Assembly: GCF_000145295.1 (NCBI RefSeq)
Contig: NC_014408.1
Span: 1,260,001 to 1,292,000 of the forward strand
Reading direction: 5' to 3'
From: Methanothermobacter marburgensis str. Marburg
Lineage (GTDB): Archaea; Methanobacteriota; Methanobacteria; Methanobacteriales; Methanothermobacteraceae
DNA: 32,000 nucleotides
Position numbers and translations under genes: made by a program. This document shows positions 28,178-32,000 of this stretch, one piece after another; position 1 is the first letter of the stretch; each line of letters begins with the position of its first letter. Below the pieces are notes generated by a model, which did not search any database, was not told where the DNA came from, and saw only the letters and a program-made list of their open reading frames with translations.

Positions 28178-28645
28178 TCAGAGGGATTTCATTCTGAGTA
28201 TCTTCATGGCTGTTCTGAGGTCATTATCTGCCTCGGCAAGGGCCTCCCTGGCCTCTTCAATGGATACATCAAAGGCGTCTGCCAGGGCCTTCACACTGTC
28301 GGTGTCAGGTTCAGATGTGCCCACAAGTTCCTCTGAGAGCCTCTTTTTGAGTTCCATGTACTCCTCAGTTGTCATGTTGATCCTCTTCATGGCCATGTCC
28401 CTGAGTGGACAGGGCTTTGAGGGCTTGCAGCACCAGACAAGTGAACCGAAGCATGTCCCCTGGCCCTCGCCGAGCCTCGTATTCCTTGCGAATGACTCCT
28501 TGATTTCAATGTAATCCTGTGGTGTCAGTCCCGCCTCCTCGAGTGCTATCATTATTGGGCAGGGCTTCACCGGTGGGCAGCAGAATGTAAGCGCCCTTTT
28601 ATCACCACCCCTGCAGACATGGGATGGTGCGTCGCTCCATACCAA
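28178..28645 (-). CDS. uncharacterised Cys-rich protein: two C-x(6-10)-CC-x-P-x-K-P-C-P modules plus a UBA-like C-terminal helix bundle
   Basis: 155 aa. TTG start 28645 with AAGGAGGA 7 nt upstream. Internal duplication: [20 protein letters not shown]...TPQDYIEIK versus [16 protein letters not shown]...TTEEYMELK. The tail [31 protein letters not shown] resembles NAC/EF-Ts UBA domains. It may correspond to one of the 'methanogenesis marker' families, but I cannot verify this. Confidence 0.7.
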   Translation of the reverse strand: MVWSDAPSHVCRGGDKRALTFCCPPVKPCPIMIALEEAGLTPQDYIEIKESFARNTRLGEGQGTCFGSLVWCCKPSKPCPLRDMAMKRINMTTEEYMELKKRLSEELVGTSEPDTDSVKALADAFDVSIEEAREALAEADNDLRTAMKILRMKSL

Positions 28646-28778
28646 ACACAGTCCTCCTTTATTAATTATGTTTATTCTGTTAATAATAATTCATTACATG
28701 GTGGCTGAAATAACACCACTTAATGCCTTTAACAGCTTTTTTGATAAATAAATTGTGGTTCGCAGATAATAAAGGGGG

Positions 28779-30371
28779 TTATTCCCTGAGCATCCCCCTC
28801 TTCTCATCAGGTGTGAGGTCCCCGACGATTGACTCTGGTTCACCTGTCTTGAGGATTCTGCCCCCCCTCATGAGGGATGCCCTGTCACAGACATCAAGGA
28901 CAAAGTCCATGTCATGTGAAATTATCAGGAAGGTCTGATTCAGCTCCTCCCTGGCCTTCAGGATTGAATCTGTAACCTGCACCCTGGTTATGGGGTCCAT
29001 GGTACCTGTGGGCTCATCAAGTATTATTATCCTGGGCTCCCTGATGAGAACCTGGGCAAGGGCGACCCTGTGTCTCTCACCACCTGAGAGCTCGTCAGGG
29101 TACTTGTCAAGGAGGTTCTCTGCGTACTCCTCATCAAAGCCCACTGCCTTGAGGACATAGATTGCCTTCATCCTGGCAAATTCTGCCGGGAGCTCAAGGC
29201 TGATGGCCTCTGTGAGGTTACCAAGCACATCCCTGTGGGGGTAGAGGCTGTACTCCTGGTGGAGTATCCCAAGGTAGGGCGTTACACGGCCACGGCCAAG
29301 GGGTCCCTTCTCGGTCATGTCTATCCATTCATCACCCAGCCTCACGCAGACCTTCCCGCTGCTTGGCTCGGTTATTCCGATTATTATCCTTGAGAGCGTC
29401 GTCTTACCGGCTCCGCTGAGCCCCACGACACCAAAGATTTCACCCTCATAGACTGTGAGGTCAACACCGTCAACCGCCTTTACAACACCCCTGTCAATGG
29501 AGTAGTAGTGCTTCTTAACATCAACCATCTTTATGATGGGGGTTTCCCTTTCAAACTCCTTCACCTTCTCAGGTGCGGGCACCTGTTCCATGAACCTGGC
29601 AACCACGTCATCAGGGTCTCCCTCCTCGATTATCTCACCCTTCTCGATCCATATGGCATAATCAGAGAGGTCCCTCATGACCTCGGGCCAGTGGGAGGTT
29701 ATGATCATGGTTATTCCCTTATCCTTGACACCCTCAAGGAGTGCGTCGTGTATGAGCTCAGCTGTCTGGGGGTCAAGGGTACCTGTTGGCTCATCAGCCA
29801 GGAAAACCATTGGTTCCTTGGCCAGCTGCCTTGCAAGGACAACCCTCTGCTTTTCACCACCACTGAGATCCCTTGCAATGTGGGTTATCCTGTGGCTCAT
29901 CTGAACCATTTCAAGGAGGTCAAGGGCATGGTAGAGGGCTGTTTCATATTCAAGATCTGGCATTGACTTTATGACGTTATCGATTACCGTGTCGTCCTCA
30001 TAGAGGGCAAATGTCCTCTGGAGCATTATGGCTATTCTTCTCCTGACGGCGGCGAAGGTCTTCTTGTCACAGTTCCAGAAGTCCACCTCCCGGACTGAAA
30101 ATTTTGAGCCGCATCCACATACCTTACCCTCAAAGGAGGGGGGTTCAACTCTGAGGCATTCAGGGCAGATTGCCACATTGTAGATGACACGGCCGCTGTC
30201 GGGCTTGTATTCCTTCATACCCCTCAGCATGTTTATGAGAACAGATTTTCCTGCCCCACTTCTTCCCAGTATCCCCAGGACCTTGCCCTCATCGATTTCA
30301 ACGCTGATGTTTTTTAGAACCTCGACACCCTTAAACTTCTTTGTGACGTTTTCCAGCTTTATGAAAGACAT
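28779..30371 (-). CDS. atwA: methyl-coenzyme M reductase system component A2-type ABC ATPase (AtwA or paralogue)
   Basis: 530 aa. Two ABC cassettes with no membrane domain: Walker A GRSGAGKS and GLSGAGKT, signatures LSGGEKQRV and [10 protein letters not shown] Cys-rich insert [20 protein letters not shown] sits in cassette 1. Size and architecture match component A2. Confidence 0.88.
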   Translation of the reverse strand: MSFIKLENVTKKFKGVEVLKNISVEIDEGKVLGILGRSGAGKSVLINMLRGMKEYKPDSGRVIYNVAICPECLRVEPPSFEGKVCGCGSKFSVREVDFWNCDKKTFAAVRRRIAIMLQRTFALYEDDTVIDNVIKSMPDLEYETALYHALDLLEMVQMSHRITHIARDLSGGEKQRVVLARQLAKEPMVFLADEPTGTLDPQTAELIHDALLEGVKDKGITMIITSHWPEVMRDLSDYAIWIEKGEIIEEGDPDDVVARFMEQVPAPEKVKEFERETPIIKMVDVKKHYYSIDRGVVKAVDGVDLTVYEGEIFGVVGLSGAGKTTLSRIIIGITEPSSGKVCVRLGDEWIDMTEKGPLGRGRVTPYLGILHQEYSLYPHRDVLGNLTEAISLELPAEFARMKAIYVLKAVGFDEEYAENLLDKYPDELSGGERHRVALAQVLIREPRIIILDEPTGTMDPITRVQVTDSILKAREELNQTFLIISHDMDFVLDVCDRASLMRGGRILKTGEPESIVGDLTPDEKRGMLRE

Positions 30372-30465
30372 ATGCTCACCCTCAGTTGCTAAAATTAACG
30401 TTACCAGTGAAAGATGAATCTGTATTATTCTTTTGATAAAGGGACTATTAAAATTTTCTAAATTT

Positions 30466-31227
30466 TTAGTCTGGGTTAAATCTGAGTTCCCTGAGATTGA
30501 AGTCTATCCTGCCAGATATGGCGGCCCTTGCAATTGATACAGCATCTGCACCTGCAGCAAGCATTGCAGCGGCGGATTCAGGGTCTCTCACTGAATTGTT
30601 ACCTATCATGACAGCATTCCTTAAACTCTGTGAAACTTCACTTACAAGTTCAAGGTCAGCCCTATCCTCCCCTGGTTTCATGGCGTCCAGGTGAATGTAG
30701 CCTACCCCAAGGTCATCAAGCATTCCTGCAATGTCAGCCGTATCAACTCCAGGCACATTTCCCCGTATCTTGACAGAGACCTCTGCATTGGCACCCTTCA
30801 CAACCTCAGATGTGAAGTCCTTCAGAAAATCAGGGTCATGGAGCATCGCCTGTCCGGCACCCAGAGAGGTTATCTCTGGCTGTCTGCAGTGTGCATTTAT
30901 CTCAACAATATCCACTTCCTCAATGGATGATATCTCCATGATGGGTTCAGGGTCAAGGGCCCTGAGGTTCACAGAGACCAGCACATCAAAACTGTCCTTT
31001 ATCCTTGATGCCTCAGATTCTACTATGGATTTAAGTTCAGAAGAGTCAAAATCAAATTCAGGTCTGCCCCTCTGGGCTATTAGCCTTCCAGCCCTGGATG
31101 TTTCCTCATCTGCATTGTAACCGCCCAGTGTAACAGCATCGAAACCATAGGGGATAAGTTTCATGCAGAATTCTGCATCGGTTATACCTGCCATTGGGGC
31201 CAGGACAATTATGCTATCAGCAACCAT
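30466..31227 (-). CDS. Dus/NifR3-related TIM-barrel (putative flavin oxidoreductase), short archaeal type
   Basis: 253 aa. [29 protein letters not shown] and [12 protein letters not shown] parallel the Dus motifs (LAPMAGVTD, N-x-GCP, K-x-R, GaDgVMiGR). It is much shorter than bacterial Dus. Confidence 0.72.
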   Translation of the reverse strand: MVADSIIVLAPMAGITDAEFCMKLIPYGFDAVTLGGYNADEETSRAGRLIAQRGRPEFDFDSSELKSIVESEASRIKDSFDVLVSVNLRALDPEPIMEISSIEEVDIVEINAHCRQPEITSLGAGQAMLHDPDFLKDFTSEVVKGANAEVSVKIRGNVPGVDTADIAGMLDDLGVGYIHLDAMKPGEDRADLELVSEVSQSLRNAVMIGNNSVRDPESAAAMLAAGADAVSIARAAISGRIDFNLRELRFNPD

Positions 31228-31271
31228 AGGTTTTTGGTTAGAAAATCTTGATAATGCAGGACCTCATCCAC

Positions 31272-32000
31272 CTATTCCTTCATCACATGGACCAGGTCAT
31301 ATGTGAAGCCGCCCCTTATCTCCTCGAGGGCCAGGTCTGCCAGGTTGGCAGCCTTCTCAGCTGTTGGTGCCTTCCCGATACCTGCCTTGAGTGCAACGTT
31401 TATCTCGTCATCTATTTCATTGAGTATGCGAAGCAGACCCTGCGGTTCAAGGCCGTTACAGGGGGACATGAAGTTATCTCCACCTATGAAGAATAGAAGG
31501 GCGCCCTCCTTTATGAGTTTCTTCATCAGAAAGTGCTGGACCCGGTTAACAATGAATGATGTGTCATAGGCCGGCACAATGTCGGTCATGGTCTCTGTGA
31601 TGCCATTTATATCAATATGTGCAATCTGCACATAACCCTCATCCACAAGACCATCTATGGCAAGGACCTCCTTCCTGTCCTCTGATTGGGCTCCCCCATG
31701 GCTCTGAAGAGCCCTTGAAGCGTTTCTCTGGGCATCATAGGGTGTCTCAGCGGCTCCTACACCCATACTCACGGTTATGGGGTAACGGTTACCTATGGAC
31801 CTCTGTATCCTTCTGTGGTCCTCCACTCCTATACCATTGGTGATGGCAAGCATGTTATCGAATCTTGTGAAGAAAACAAGTCCCTGACGGGCAGCAAACT
31901 GGCGCTGAAGGTCAGCGTAAAGTTCTGCCTGGAGTATCTGAAGATCAGCCTCATTACGTGGGGCTGGTGTGACTGTCCATGGCCCATAATTGTCTATCTG
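31272..32000 (-). CDS. gch3: GTP cyclohydrolase III (FAPy-forming), N-terminus a few codons outside window
   Basis: The reverse strand reads in frame from base 32000: [24 protein letters not shown]...[14 protein letters not shown]...[19 protein letters not shown]...[14 protein letters not shown]...[11 protein letters not shown]...[25 protein letters not shown]. This closely parallels the Methanocaldococcus GTP cyclohydrolase III sequence as I remember it. The ORF track shows only the part after the internal Met at 31853. Confidence 0.9.
   Translation of the reverse strand, partial: QIDNYGPWTVTPAPRNEADLQILQAELYADLQRQFAARQGLVFFTRFDNMLAITNGIGVEDHRRIQRSIGNRYPITVSMGVGAAETPYDAQRNASRALQSHGGAQSEDRKEVLAIDGLVDEGYVQIAHIDINGITETMTDIVPAYDTSFIVNRVQHFLMKKLIKEGALLFFIGGDNFMSPCNGLEPQGLLRILNEIDDEINVALKAGIGKAPTAEKAANLADLALEEIRGGFTYDLVHVMKE

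Overview
Gene-dense window (about 90% coding, roughly 50% GC) that reads as core chromosome of a thermophilic hydrogenotrophic methanogen, most likely a Methanothermobacter-type member of the Methanobacteriales. This attribution rests on gene content and on order recalled from memory, not on a database search. I support 31 protein-coding genes and found no rRNA, tRNA, CRISPR array, transposase, integrase or recognisable defence gene.

Gene order, left to right:
- M50 protease (3' fragment), ycaO, tfuA, and a LarE-like PP-loop ATPase with an extra C-terminal domain (+ strand).
- A minus-strand block: orphan 122-aa protein, 4xCBS protein, UspA, amidohydrolase.
- A secreted PKD/CARDB protein (-).
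- carB, carA and a rimI-like GNAT (-).
- UPF0146-like protein, SERCA/PacL-type P-type ATPase, cbiJ (+).
- moeA (-).
- aIF-1A, rio1, KH/Dim2-like protein, top6B, top6A, type-II gap, endonuclease-IV-like protein, single-domain AAA ATPase (+).
- hemA, precorrin-2 dehydrogenase (sirC-like), a duplicated Cys-rich protein, MCR component-A2-type ABC ATPase, a Dus/NifR3-like TIM barrel, and GTP cyclohydrolase III (5' end outside the window) (-).

Many starts are non-ATG (TTG or GTG) behind strong GGAGG-type Shine-Dalgarno sites.

Most interesting observations:
1. The McrA-thioglycine pair ycaO-tfuA is translationally coupled to a three-Cys PP-loop sulfur-transferase homologue that carries an unassigned C-terminal domain.
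2. An uncharacterised protein with two CCxPxKPCP modules and a UBA-like tail is packed against sirC-hemA, just downstream of the A2-type ATPase.
3. A 50-bp tandem repeat (3.8 copies) sits between two convergent genes, and further direct repeats with a period of about 50 bp occur in other intergenic regions.
4. Three leader ORFs of 19-22 codons each terminate on or just past the non-AUG start codon of the main gene.
5. A secreted protein carries a caspase/gingipain-like His...Cys pattern.
6. A Dus-like flavoprotein homologue is paired with GTP cyclohydrolase III.

All family calls come from motif reading by eye. No similarity search, HMM scan or RNA folding program was run.
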